Source of the DNA: a virus
Taxonomy: Duplodnaviria; Caudoviricetes
DNA length: 64,000 bases
Virus record (IMG/VR): IMGVR_UViG_3300011678_000001
Coordinates: 32,001-96,000 of that record
Strand: one strand, 5' to 3'
In this document: positions 17,601 to 25,849 of the stretch, piece after piece
Numbering within the stretch: position 1 is the first letter of the stretch
Layout of the letters: each line of letters starts with the position of its first letter
The notes under the pieces: model-generated
What the model saw: only the letters and a program-made list of their open reading frames with translations
Database searches by the model: none
Told to the model about the DNA's origin: nothing
Translations under genes and position numbers: made by a program

Positions 17601-18190
17601 AAGATCCCCCACGGCAGGTAATTGCCCTGACCATCGGTTTCCTCACGCAGGTGATTGTCCAGCACGCCAATTGCCGATTCCATCGACACGCCTGCATAGT
17701 TCTCGCCATTGATGATTCGGTCAATGGAAGACTCAGGCATAATGAGCACCGGGTAGGACCCGGTCTCGAACATAACGTCGTTCAGGATAGGATGCAGCAG
17801 CGTCCTAATCCTATAGGAATTATCGAAGAACTCCTGGACCTTCCTAAGCAAGGGCCCGGTGAGGTTGCTATCCAGTGAGTCGTCCTTGATCGAGTACAGC
17901 ACTTTGCTGTCGGTCAGGTCACCTGGGGAAATGGTCGCCGAGATGATGATCTGCCGAGCATAGTCCATGTCTGGCAAGACTTGGAACAGGTTACGGGCAT
18001 CTTGAATATTGCCGATGGTGGTGTTGGCTACTTGAGCCAGGACGCGACCATCGGGCAACCTCATGTTTGTGCGTTGGTGGCCTGACCCGTGCGGATCAGC
18101 GCCCAGTTTCGCGATCGCTGCCTTGACGTCGTTCGGAATAGAACGTTGCGACAAGAAGCGCGGAAACCGCCTAGTCGTTTGCTCACTCAT
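14606..18190 (-). CDS. portal protein (phiKZ gp129-like) with long acidic C-terminal extension
   Basis: Size; divergent position next to a gp128-like gene; motifs PSESVIPIHVPG.P..HVGY and YIAFDYNEYGVGKS.LE; several S-x-E sites. Assignment from recalled phiKZ synteny. Confidence 0.75.
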   Translation of the reverse strand: MSEQTTRRFPRFLSQRSIPNDVKAAIAKLGADPHGSGHQRTNMRLPDGRVLAQVANTTIGNIQDARNLFQVLPDMDYARQIIISATISPGDLTDSKVLYSIKDDSLDSNLTGPLLRKVQEFFDNSYRIRTLLHPILNDVMFETGSYPVLIMPESSIDRIINGENYAGVSMESAIGVLDNHLREETDGQGNYLPWGILGNPVTDPKKTDSYTGVSFESMHFDRGNVYNRGVDVSNFKISLESMVPNTEENKVAHTKLAEMSKAIQSKIIEKGKTIEVIDNLNILKRPMVVETRRKIAVRRIYGGRLHQRASLESRAQSGDLDAKRNLNAVEKSLYSKRRYAHVPVQPVMTHAQTGTETYGHPLVIHLPSESVIPIHVPGNPSEHVGYYVMLDIDGNPINVASQSSYYDDIKSQMNNVDGYASQIISQARRGFEGMGGLNNEIIDEMGKIHSDAVEADLLARLRSGALSGHYELGKTENINRIMLARHLKGQKTMMLFVPPELMTYIAFDYNEYGVGKSVLEDGKILGSIRASLMLANTLATINNAVGGKTIEIELDPDDENPVETVEFMLSEHAKVNSQGFSRIVGSTHPLGLADQIQNHGVNVVVSGNSRYPETKFNVGQRDGTSKPVDTDLEEMMRKRHIQMFGLSPEMMEGINQTDFATTVVQNNLMLLKRVIQNQEKFEPFLTDIIRRYILNSGIFLTEMRALVQENSKFLPEDIRTAADFSEAEKIDTFLFQFIEALHAGLPSPEIGDIKKSMEDFEAYSDALDKVIDAYMNEEMFATDTALGMEEIIPNIKAVVKAEFQRRWLRNNNVLPELDVFTTVNEEDGSPAFDLLETAGDHLDGLNNALSDYIKKVVRAAKKRAKVLEKVAQGKQELEEAKNAAGGVADDSSLPDDGGELDTTDTEADPFAEAAGDDLDNPDAEPGDAEGDGLDDFGGEVEGADAPADDAEAVEGDVEAAEGTDAGETADVTTDAEDTFDIASVDDDAAAEPDVEAEPDAEAPKDDTAEEPDAEGPPPTEPSIDLADIPLDDDEPQVDAEPATAEPEPADVEIPAEAEIDVEEEEVPDAEVEVEEPEVEAEAAEEEVAEVELDAPEEAVTEEPEVEEPVSEVEEPDVNAEEEVVEEEAEVEEEETPATEEEPETDAPVEEEEEKAPEEGDKEVTAAEKEAAKQKKEIEDAHDDLELPDIDLPKL

Positions 18191-18224
18191 GCGTTACCTC
18201 ATTATCCGTTTGGAACTTTAAAAG

Positions 18225-20414
18225 ATGATTACTCTTTATCAAATCTATCACGAGTCGGTGGTGAAGTTAGCCGCTACGCTGGTGGTAAAAGATGAGGCGA
18301 CTTGCGAGGTCATCAACAGCTGGCTATCGCAGCTGGGCTATGAAGTCCTCGCTGACCGCCCAGAGACCTGGAAGTACTACCTCAACTTGTCAGGTCGTTA
18401 CCACCCCACAGACACCCGGATGAAAGTCACCTCCATGGACACCCATGAGGAAATCGACTTCACCCGTGAGAACATGGACATCCACCGAGCCACATGGCGT
18501 GAGTACCGGTACGGTTCTCGCTACTATAAAGAACTCATTGCGCGTTACCCCAACCAGGACATGTTGATCCATGGGATCTTGAACCCGGTTGAGTTGGCAA
18601 CGGCCATCGCCGCGCCTGATCATAGTATTCTGTATTATGATGCATCTCTGGTCGAAAGCCGGGAAAGCAACCTGATACCGGAGTTGCAGCACTGGATCAC
18701 GGCCCAGTTTGTCCGCTGGGCGAATGATGATTACCACATCAACAACAGCCTGTTTATTGCGGCACGTTTGGTTTTGCTCTTTATGTCTCTGCCGGCTGCG
18801 ATCAAAAGCATCCGTCTGGGTAACTGCCGAACCAACCGGGCACACAGCTACCACATCCGTCGGTACCTGGCCTCCTTTGGCCCGCTGGACCGGTACTACA
18901 ATGAGATGAACGAAGCGCAGCGGTTGTACTTCTACCGCAACATTCGCTACCTCATGCGCAACAACGGTAAGACTGAAATCTTCAAGGAGCTGGTGGAACA
19001 TGTAATGACGCAGCGGAACTTCCCGCTGGCGCAATACACCATGCAGCAGAACGACCTGAACCTCACAGACACGTTCGACCCTGAGATCCAATACCTGCGC
19101 GAAAGCATCAACGGGATTGCCTCGGCTCTGGGCGATGACATCAAGAACACCGAACAGTTGCTGGAGTTGCAGCGTCCATTGGCACGGTCTAACGACAGTG
19201 AGAACAACGACGCGATCCAGTACATCCCGGCCCTGATGGATCGAAGCCTCAATGCCTTGGTCGACACCAAGACGCTGGAATCGAACGTCCTGGACCTTAA
19301 AGAGTCAGAACCCTACACCCTGTCTGAAGTCCTGTTGAACCAATGGATGTATCTGGCAGACACAGGCTACTACCGCTCGGTCCTGACCCTGCAGATGCCC
19401 AACGGGGGTGATGCCTTTAAGCTGTCGATGCGTGAAGCCTACATCGTCTACCAATACCTCTTTATGCTGAGGCTGGGTGTGGACATGGTGGAGATTCCAC
19501 GCCTGATGGCCAAACGGGTCCGTCGCATGCCGTTGCCAACCTTCAATGAGTTGCGCAGTATCACGACGCCTAAGGTCACCTCCGATGCCTTCATCAGAGA
19601 AGCGTTGCGGGATAACATCACCATCACCAACTACGTGTCGGTCGATGCCTTCCTTAAAGCGTGTCAGCAGATCCAGACGCGCATGTTGTTGCACCGCGAC
19701 CTGTATGTGTACCGTGAGGACCTGTTTCAGTTTGCCGAAATCAAATTGATGACCGATCGCCTCTATGCTGACATCCCATTGGACTTGGACCACGGCCAGC
19801 AGTACGCCGGATGGTTACGGGACCGAGGGTTGACCTTTGAAGGCTACACCCCTGCTCAGCTCGATGAGATCATGTTGTCGATCCTGAATCAGGCCACGGG
19901 CTTGGAGCTTCGGACTTCGCAGAGCCTTAAAGACGTTCAACGAGCCATGTTGGACATCATGGGTCAGCTGTCCAGTTACAGCGTGCACTTCATTCAACAG
20001 ATCAACGAAGATGCGGTCGTCATGTTCGACTGGCCTCACCTGCGATGGCATTATCCAGGCGGTAAAGCGGCGCATCAGATGCGCTTGCCTGCCGTCCAAG
20101 GGTTGCCCATCGATCTGTATGGTAGAGCCAAGCTCAAGCCTAAGCTCGACCTGCCTGCGGTGACGATAGCGGCGTTCGATTACACCGCCGAACATGCCAT
20201 GGGTATGGACATGGCACTCGAGATGGAACTCTCCGGACTGAACCAGTACCTGGAGCGGGGCTTGGTCCTTGGGGCCATGATGGGGACACTGATCCAGCCT
20301 GCGGTCGACTTGGCGCAACTGAACGGTACCCGTCTGACCATCCCAAGCCTTGAATCCAAATCGATTGCTGACCTATTTGACAGGACAGAGAGTAATGACT
20401 TCACAAACCCTTAA
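18225..20414 (+). CDS. virion structural protein (phiKZ gp128-like, baseplate candidate)
   Basis: TWKYYLNLSGRYH..D, TNRAHSYHI, LYFYRNIRY..RNNGK motifs typical of this phiKZ-like family. Confidence 0.75.
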   Translation: MITLYQIYHESVVKLAATLVVKDEATCEVINSWLSQLGYEVLADRPETWKYYLNLSGRYHPTDTRMKVTSMDTHEEIDFTRENMDIHRATWREYRYGSRYYKELIARYPNQDMLIHGILNPVELATAIAAPDHSILYYDASLVESRESNLIPELQHWITAQFVRWANDDYHINNSLFIAARLVLLFMSLPAAIKSIRLGNCRTNRAHSYHIRRYLASFGPLDRYYNEMNEAQRLYFYRNIRYLMRNNGKTEIFKELVEHVMTQRNFPLAQYTMQQNDLNLTDTFDPEIQYLRESINGIASALGDDIKNTEQLLELQRPLARSNDSENNDAIQYIPALMDRSLNALVDTKTLESNVLDLKESEPYTLSEVLLNQWMYLADTGYYRSVLTLQMPNGGDAFKLSMREAYIVYQYLFMLRLGVDMVEIPRLMAKRVRRMPLPTFNELRSITTPKVTSDAFIREALRDNITITNYVSVDAFLKACQQIQTRMLLHRDLYVYREDLFQFAEIKLMTDRLYADIPLDLDHGQQYAGWLRDRGLTFEGYTPAQLDEIMLSILNQATGLELRTSQSLKDVQRAMLDIMGQLSSYSVHFIQQINEDAVVMFDWPHLRWHYPGGKAAHQMRLPAVQGLPIDLYGRAKLKPKLDLPAVTIAAFDYTAEHAMGMDMALEMELSGLNQYLERGLVLGAMMGTLIQPAVDLAQLNGTRLTIPSLESKSIADLFDRTESNDFTNP

Positions 20415-21381
20415 CGGCCCTGCGTTAACCGCAGCTGCACTTAAGGAATCTGACCAGGAGGCGTTTCATCGCCTCTTGGCCGGCATGCTCCAAGGCGGGG
20501 TCAACCCTAGCAGCTTTGAGCATGGGCCGGTTACGGTCACTCCCGACAGTGCAGACCATGCGACCATTGAGGTCGCTGTGGCCCGCAGCAAAGCCCACAT
20601 CAGCTTGTGGGGGTATCAGGACAGCATCACCCTGCGTTACCGACGCGTCAGCCTTGAAGCCCTCAAAAGCCGATACGGTAGCGTCATCCGTGCAGACGTC
20701 CCGATCTCCAAGAAAGACCTGATGGCCATCTACTTCCATGAGAACCAGCTTCATGATCGGTCAGAACAGATCGTTGATGAGCCAGTGGAAAGCTTAGGGT
20801 CAGTGACGCTTGCCATGCAGCCGGATCAGTTCTTGTTGCACGGTCAAACCAGTTTCACGGTCAAGCCGTTCCAACGTCAGTTGTCTGCCGTGATTGCTAA
20901 TCCGGTGGTGCCGGGCTTCCGCACCCTGAGCGACTTTGATGCCGAACCAATTGAGCTGTTGGTTAATCAATTGGGGACCGTCAATGCCGACACCCTCCCT
21001 TACCCCTTGCAACCTGACCTGCTGGTCTTCAGTGCCCCTACCTTAAAGGGAGGCTACGCCCTGGATAACACCAGCATCACGGTCACAGGCTTTGGGGACG
21101 GCTACTACCTCGGCAGTCGGGAACTGACGTACACCCGGCATGATTTTGGTTGGTCCACTGGTGGCAACCAGCATTATGTAGAGGGGCCGTCACAACCGCT
21201 GACCTCGTACATGGTTGAGCGTGTCAATGCTTTGACAGGTTTCCCCATTACGCTCGATGACGTGGTGATTGAGTCGTACGACGTCGTACCAACGGGTGAG
21301 CTGATGACCTTGACCATCTTCTTCAAACCTGACTGCCTGCGCTATGCAGGTGAGTTGACCATTGACTACAGAGCGATCTAA
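20395..21381 (+). CDS. virion structural protein (phiKZ-like tail/baseplate family)
   Basis: Two repeats of the G...(L/F).YxR..L module. Confidence 0.65.
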   Translation: MTSQTLNGPALTAAALKESDQEAFHRLLAGMLQGGVNPSSFEHGPVTVTPDSADHATIEVAVARSKAHISLWGYQDSITLRYRRVSLEALKSRYGSVIRADVPISKKDLMAIYFHENQLHDRSEQIVDEPVESLGSVTLAMQPDQFLLHGQTSFTVKPFQRQLSAVIANPVVPGFRTLSDFDAEPIELLVNQLGTVNADTLPYPLQPDLLVFSAPTLKGGYALDNTSITVTGFGDGYYLGSRELTYTRHDFGWSTGGNQHYVEGPSQPLTSYMVERVNALTGFPITLDDVVIESYDVVPTGELMTLTIFFKPDCLRYAGELTIDYRAI

Positions 21382-21383
21382 TC

Positions 21384-21827
21384 ATGGCAAACTTCAGTCT
21401 GGAACAGTTGTTGCAATACCCGCCGTTAGAGGCTTTGATGATCTCGTATAACGAGGTGTTCGGCACACAGCTGAATCCACGCTACGTTGAATTGGTGCAT
21501 GTGATCCCCGGTGAAGCCGGACAGTGCACGGTGAAACTCAAAGCGCGGGACGTCCTGCCCAATAAGGACGAACAACGGTTCTTCAACACCGGCGAATTCG
21601 CCCTTCAGCGGTTGAACCTGGGCGAGGTGTTTGCCGAAGAGTTTTCCATTGAACACGTTGGCGAAATTGTCAGCCATGACGTGGGCCGCATCATCACCCA
21701 GAAGACGGGTGTGGTGTTTGATGCCTCAGACTTTGTCTCGGAAGTATTGACTCCTGAGAACAACGTCCTGAAAGCCGCCCCCGAGTCGTTGCGCTGGTAC
21801 GGTTCGCTGACCATTACCCGGTCTTAG
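21384..21827 (+). CDS. virion structural protein
   Basis: G.F..QRLNL and A.PESLRWYGSL motifs shared with neighbours. Confidence 0.65.
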   Translation: MANFSLEQLLQYPPLEALMISYNEVFGTQLNPRYVELVHVIPGEAGQCTVKLKARDVLPNKDEQRFFNTGEFALQRLNLGEVFAEEFSIEHVGEIVSHDVGRIITQKTGVVFDASDFVSEVLTPENNVLKAAPESLRWYGSLTITRS

Positions 21828-21835
21828 AGGTCGCC

Positions 21836-22846
21836 ATGTACGTACGCCCCCTGCGATATAACAAGCCTACAAACCAGCAACTGCTGGACATCTTCAACTT
21901 CACCAACAAGTCTGCCGTCGAACCTTGGCAGGTGACGTTTGGTGCGCCGTATCCCGTTGCGGATAATGGCATGCAGATCACCGCTGCCCATGTCAACGAC
22001 TACAACCAACAGCGTCCCACTCAGGGTACGTTGACCCGGATCGAAGTCATCCCGACGCCTGAGTCAGGGTGGACCAAGACCTTGCAACTGACGTATCGCC
22101 GTCAGGTGATCCAGGATCACTTCGTCAGTGTGCCTTTTGTAATCTACGCGACCGAGAACACGCCGGAGGTTATTTTAAAAGGACTTCACGAACAATATGG
22201 TCTTTATCTCGACCAAGAACTTGTGGACATCACGTTCCAACAAGTCGACTTGGCCGACGTGCTGTTCCATACCCACATGGGCAGTATCCTGGAAACAGAT
22301 TTCTGCAGCGATTACGTTCCTCCGGCTTCGTACAACGCCCTCGTCAAAATCAAGCCCAACCATCCGATCTGGACAGGTGAGCTGAATGTCTACATCCGTG
22401 AAGCGGTCAAGTTCTTGGACCGCAGTGTGAAGACGACGTTGGAAGTACACCGTTACTTGGGTCCTGGCGATCACAACAAGATGCCAGCCGAAATGATTCT
22501 GCCCAACAACCGGTTCGTGGATTACGACTATTACATGAAAGGCTTGAAGGTCGGTGACCTGCTCGAGTCCTGGATTGTTGATACCGCCCGCGAAGTCACT
22601 GGGGACAACTGGGTCTTCACCCAGAATGCCAATCCGTTCAACCTGTACGCATCGCGTGTCGTCTATAATGGTTTGAACACCGGCGAAGTCTACATCAACG
22701 ACCCGAAGGTTAGTAATGTTTTGATCATTCAGTTCTCTGATGAGCATTGCACCAACATTCGGGGTCAGTGGGTGATCGGCTATTACAACCGGGACACATG
22801 GCAGCGCCGCGAACGGATTGACTACTTGCCCATTCAGGACCAGTAA
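21836..22846 (+). CDS. virion structural protein
   Basis: LTYRR, HPIWTGEL, FNLY.SRVVYNGLN motifs; SD GAGG. Confidence 0.7.
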   Translation: MYVRPLRYNKPTNQQLLDIFNFTNKSAVEPWQVTFGAPYPVADNGMQITAAHVNDYNQQRPTQGTLTRIEVIPTPESGWTKTLQLTYRRQVIQDHFVSVPFVIYATENTPEVILKGLHEQYGLYLDQELVDITFQQVDLADVLFHTHMGSILETDFCSDYVPPASYNALVKIKPNHPIWTGELNVYIREAVKFLDRSVKTTLEVHRYLGPGDHNKMPAEMILPNNRFVDYDYYMKGLKVGDLLESWIVDTAREVTGDNWVFTQNANPFNLYASRVVYNGLNTGEVYINDPKVSNVLIIQFSDEHCTNIRGQWVIGYYNRDTWQRRERIDYLPIQDQ

Positions 22847-22892
22847 CCAATCGTATGTACTGTTTTCTTTCTGACCGATAAAGGCCAACCAA

Positions 22893-23765
22893 ATGCAAAA
22901 GATTGTTCCGACGCAGCTGTCGAACTTCCTCCAGGTCGCTAACTTCCTGGGCACCGGATTTGAACAGCACCCCAACACCACACTGAACCAGAAGTTTGAC
23001 ATTCAGGCCAGTGCGGTGGTCCAGCCAAACATGAAGCCTGCGCTGAAGTTCTACACCATCGGTTACGGTGGTCATGGATACACCATGGGCGCGAACAACA
23101 TCCCACTGTCCTCGGTGATCGATCACAGTTCAGGGGATGCGGGTCTGTACGAGCACCTGCCCTTTGTCATTCGTCCGATCAATGACGACCTGACAGCCGG
23201 TGAGCGGTCCAAGTACTGCCTGCGTAAGACCATCTCCGTCGATGGCGTGAACTACTACGCCTACTACGGTAAGCGTCTGGACATGACCGGTGTTAAGCCA
23301 CGCATGACCAAGCGCAGCATCGTTGACGGCCAGACCGTGATCGAGGAATACGTCTACACTGAGAAGAACCTCAGCCCGACGCCTCCAGAAGTGCCGAACA
23401 CAGGCGCTGTCACCACCAGTAACGCCTACCTCGCCACGAGCGCCATCGTCCCGATGCCGTTCACCGAGAAAGACGTCGCTGAGCTGTACAACGTCGCCGA
23501 GATCCTCTTCGGTGATCGCCGCATGGCCATCATCAGTGAGTTCGGTTTCTGCACCGCTGTCGATGCTGACGTGTCGATCAACACCACGTCTGGCGCAGTG
23601 AACTTCAAAGAAGTCATCGGCGCTCAGATTGCTGCCATCATCAGCGGTCACTACGAGCTGATCTTCAACAGCAAAGGCTTTGACTTCAGCCTTGAAGTCG
23701 GCGCTTCCCAGCCGCTGCTGGGTACCAATCAAATCCCGACCGTAACGGTGGCGATGACTAAGTGA
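22893..23765 (+). CDS. conserved phiKZ-like virion structural protein
   Basis: NTTLNQKF, IGYGGH, HLPFVIRP..DDL...ER..Y.LR, YYAYYGKR motifs; TATG at 22854. Confidence 0.75.
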   Translation: MQKIVPTQLSNFLQVANFLGTGFEQHPNTTLNQKFDIQASAVVQPNMKPALKFYTIGYGGHGYTMGANNIPLSSVIDHSSGDAGLYEHLPFVIRPINDDLTAGERSKYCLRKTISVDGVNYYAYYGKRLDMTGVKPRMTKRSIVDGQTVIEEYVYTEKNLSPTPPEVPNTGAVTTSNAYLATSAIVPMPFTEKDVAELYNVAEILFGDRRMAIISEFGFCTAVDADVSINTTSGAVNFKEVIGAQIAAIISGHYELIFNSKGFDFSLEVGASQPLLGTNQIPTVTVAMTK

Positions 23766-23789
23766 AACTTATCCGCCTAAGGTGACTTT

Positions 23790-24380
23790 ATGAACTTCTC
23801 AGATGAATCATTCATCTACCGCATCATGGCGATTGACAATGGGTCCTCGTCATTGGGGATGGTGATCGCCGACTTGGACCTTAGGCAGGATACCTACCAC
23901 ATTCAGTACGCCAACACATTCCTTGCTGAAAAGCTCATCGATGATCGGGCCGGTCAATTGATCAGTCATGGTCCGCGTTGGGCAAGGCAGAATACCCTGC
24001 GTGATCACATCGCGCAGGAGTTGCGGTTTCACAACCCGCATGCCGTTGCTGTCGAGACCCCGTTTTTCATGCCGAGGAGGGTGCAAAGCTTCGAGACCCT
24101 GACAGAGATGATGATCTTCATCCGCCAAGCGGTGGAAGAATACAATCCCATCGCTGACATCTACCGGGTGACCCCTGGCGAAGCTAAGCGCGCAGTGCAA
24201 CCCTCGAAAGACTTCAGCATGAAAAAGGCCGTAATCAAAGATTGCGTCCTGAAATTGGAAAATATAACGTATAAAGATGGAATCCGTAAAGACGCCCTGT
24301 CGGAGCATGAGTACGATGCGATCGCTGTAGCCAGGGCTCATGGCCAAGCGATTCGTAAGGCAACCGGCTTCGCGAGGTGA
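23790..24380 (+). CDS. ruvC: RuvC-like Holliday junction resolvase
   Basis: IMAIDNGSSSLG, VAVETPF, P.EAK.AV, HEYDAIAVA acidic active-site motifs. Confidence 0.8.
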   Translation: MNFSDESFIYRIMAIDNGSSSLGMVIADLDLRQDTYHIQYANTFLAEKLIDDRAGQLISHGPRWARQNTLRDHIAQELRFHNPHAVAVETPFFMPRRVQSFETLTEMMIFIRQAVEEYNPIADIYRVTPGEAKRAVQPSKDFSMKKAVIKDCVLKLENITYKDGIRKDALSEHEYDAIAVARAHGQAIRKATGFAR

Positions 24381-24402
24381 CAGCCTGCGAGGAAAAAGCG
24401 TC

Positions 24403-24867
24403 ATGCTAATGTCTGACGTGATAAAGGTGCTGGGGACTGAACCCTTGAATGAGTTCCCGTGGGGAGTGTGGGTAAAAGACACAGTGAACCTGTTTGTCGA
24501 TGAGAACGCAAGACTTATGGACGAGTCTACTGGGGAAGACGTTCTCGCCTCCCTGAACACGCTGCCTGAAGAACAGCGTGAGCTTATCCTGCGTGCGCAG
24601 CTCGATCCTGCCCATCATTGTGTCGTCTCGCCGGTCGGCGGTGGCATGGTGCTTGAGATCGATGAGCAGCCACTGGAACCAGCCGCTGAAGTTAAGGCTC
24701 TGGTCACCGCCATGCAGACACCACAGTTCTTGGTGTCATCGACCATGGTCGGACTGGTGGTCTTGGCATCGCTCTGGATGGTATCGACTTTGTCGGTGCA
24801 TGATGACGTCCATATCCTGGAAGCTATCGTGGCATTCGTTAAGGTCTTCGGCTTGGCTATTCCGTAG
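24403..24867 (+). CDS. membrane protein
   Basis: C-terminal hydrophobic segments; AGGA upstream. Confidence 0.65.
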   Translation: MLMSDVIKVLGTEPLNEFPWGVWVKDTVNLFVDENARLMDESTGEDVLASLNTLPEEQRELILRAQLDPAHHCVVSPVGGGMVLEIDEQPLEPAAEVKALVTAMQTPQFLVSSTMVGLVVLASLWMVSTLSVHDDVHILEAIVAFVKVFGLAIP

Positions 24868-24876
24868 AGGTGCGCA

Positions 24877-25080
24877 ATGGAACAGGAAATGCTTGACACA
24901 ACGCCAAAGAAAAAGTGGGGCATCAAAGCGTATCTGATGTTGATGACTCTGGCAGTCATGTCCACAACGTTTGTGGTGGAGATGGTAGCGGCTGTGAAAG
25001 AGGGCAGAGGCATGAATATGGAGCTCGTCAACAAGCTCCTAGACACGCTTCTGACGCTACTTACTGCGACACCGGTGTAA
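24877..25080 (+). CDS. small membrane protein
   Basis: SD GAGGT; KKKW followed by a TM helix. Confidence 0.65.
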   Translation: MEQEMLDTTPKKKWGIKAYLMLMTLAVMSTTFVVEMVAAVKEGRGMNMELVNKLLDTLLTLLTATPV

Positions 25081-25086
25081 TGCCAT

Positions 25087-25137
25087 ACATAGACCCCCTA
25101 CAACGCCGTCACAAGCGTTGTAGGGGGTCTATGCTGG
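25087..25137. terminator. bidirectional hairpin flanked by CATA/TATG
   Basis: CATAGACCCCCTACAACGC / GCGTTGTAGGGGGTCTATG perfect inverted repeat between convergent genes. Confidence 0.75.
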
Positions 25138-25140
25138 ATG

Positions 25141-25764
25141 TTAGTCTTTCTTGCTGTACTCGGGGTTCGGTTGTTCGTATTTAGTACTGAACAGGGTCCG
25201 AACAAACTCCAAGTCTTCCGGGGATTTCTTGCCCGGCTTGATCACTCGTACGTTGTCCAACTTGAAGGGAATGACCACCTGACTGATGTCCACGCCTTCG
25301 GGCACTTCCAGGTCGATCTTCACGTCATGGATGACCTGATGGTCGAGGGTTTGGAACACGTCAACTTCCAAGGTCAACTTGCTGTTAGGCACCGGGAAGA
25401 AGTAGCGGTTCTTGATCAGACCGAACTGGACCAGGCGCTTGAAGATCTTGAAGGTGTCTTCCGAGACTTTCATCTCGTTCTCTTCATTGCCGTCAGCCGC
25501 TTTGATCTTGATGGTCTGGGTGAAGGTGTCAGGGCCTTCATCGTCAGGCTTGGTGTGCCGAACCCGAATGCTACCGGTGTTGGTTGGCAAGCCCCATTGG
25601 GATTGGAACTCACGACGCTCAGCCCCGTCCAGAACAGAAAGGTCCGAGATGGTGCCGTAGATTTCATACTCACGTTCAAGCTCAGTGCTGCCATCGGCTA
25701 CAAGGCTTTCCAGCGAAACAAGGGCGTCTGTTTGAAAGGCGCTCAACAGAATGTGTTTGGTCAT
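25141..25764 (-). CDS. CYTH-like (triphosphate tunnel) domain protein
   Basis: ELEREY (ExExK-like), IRVR, TIK, EENE, IKNRYFF, EVDVF. Confidence 0.7.
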   Translation of the reverse strand: MTKHILLSAFQTDALVSLESLVADGSTELEREYEIYGTISDLSVLDGAERREFQSQWGLPTNTGSIRVRHTKPDDEGPDTFTQTIKIKAADGNEENEMKVSEDTFKIFKRLVQFGLIKNRYFFPVPNSKLTLEVDVFQTLDHQVIHDVKIDLEVPEGVDISQVVIPFKLDNVRVIKPGKKSPEDLEFVRTLFSTKYEQPNPEYSKKD

Positions 25765-25849
25765 GGTGCATAGCCCAAAGAAAAGAAAAAAGGAACTGTG
25801 TCATAATAGATGGGAGCCCGAAGGCCCCCACCCACTATGACCGGAGTCC

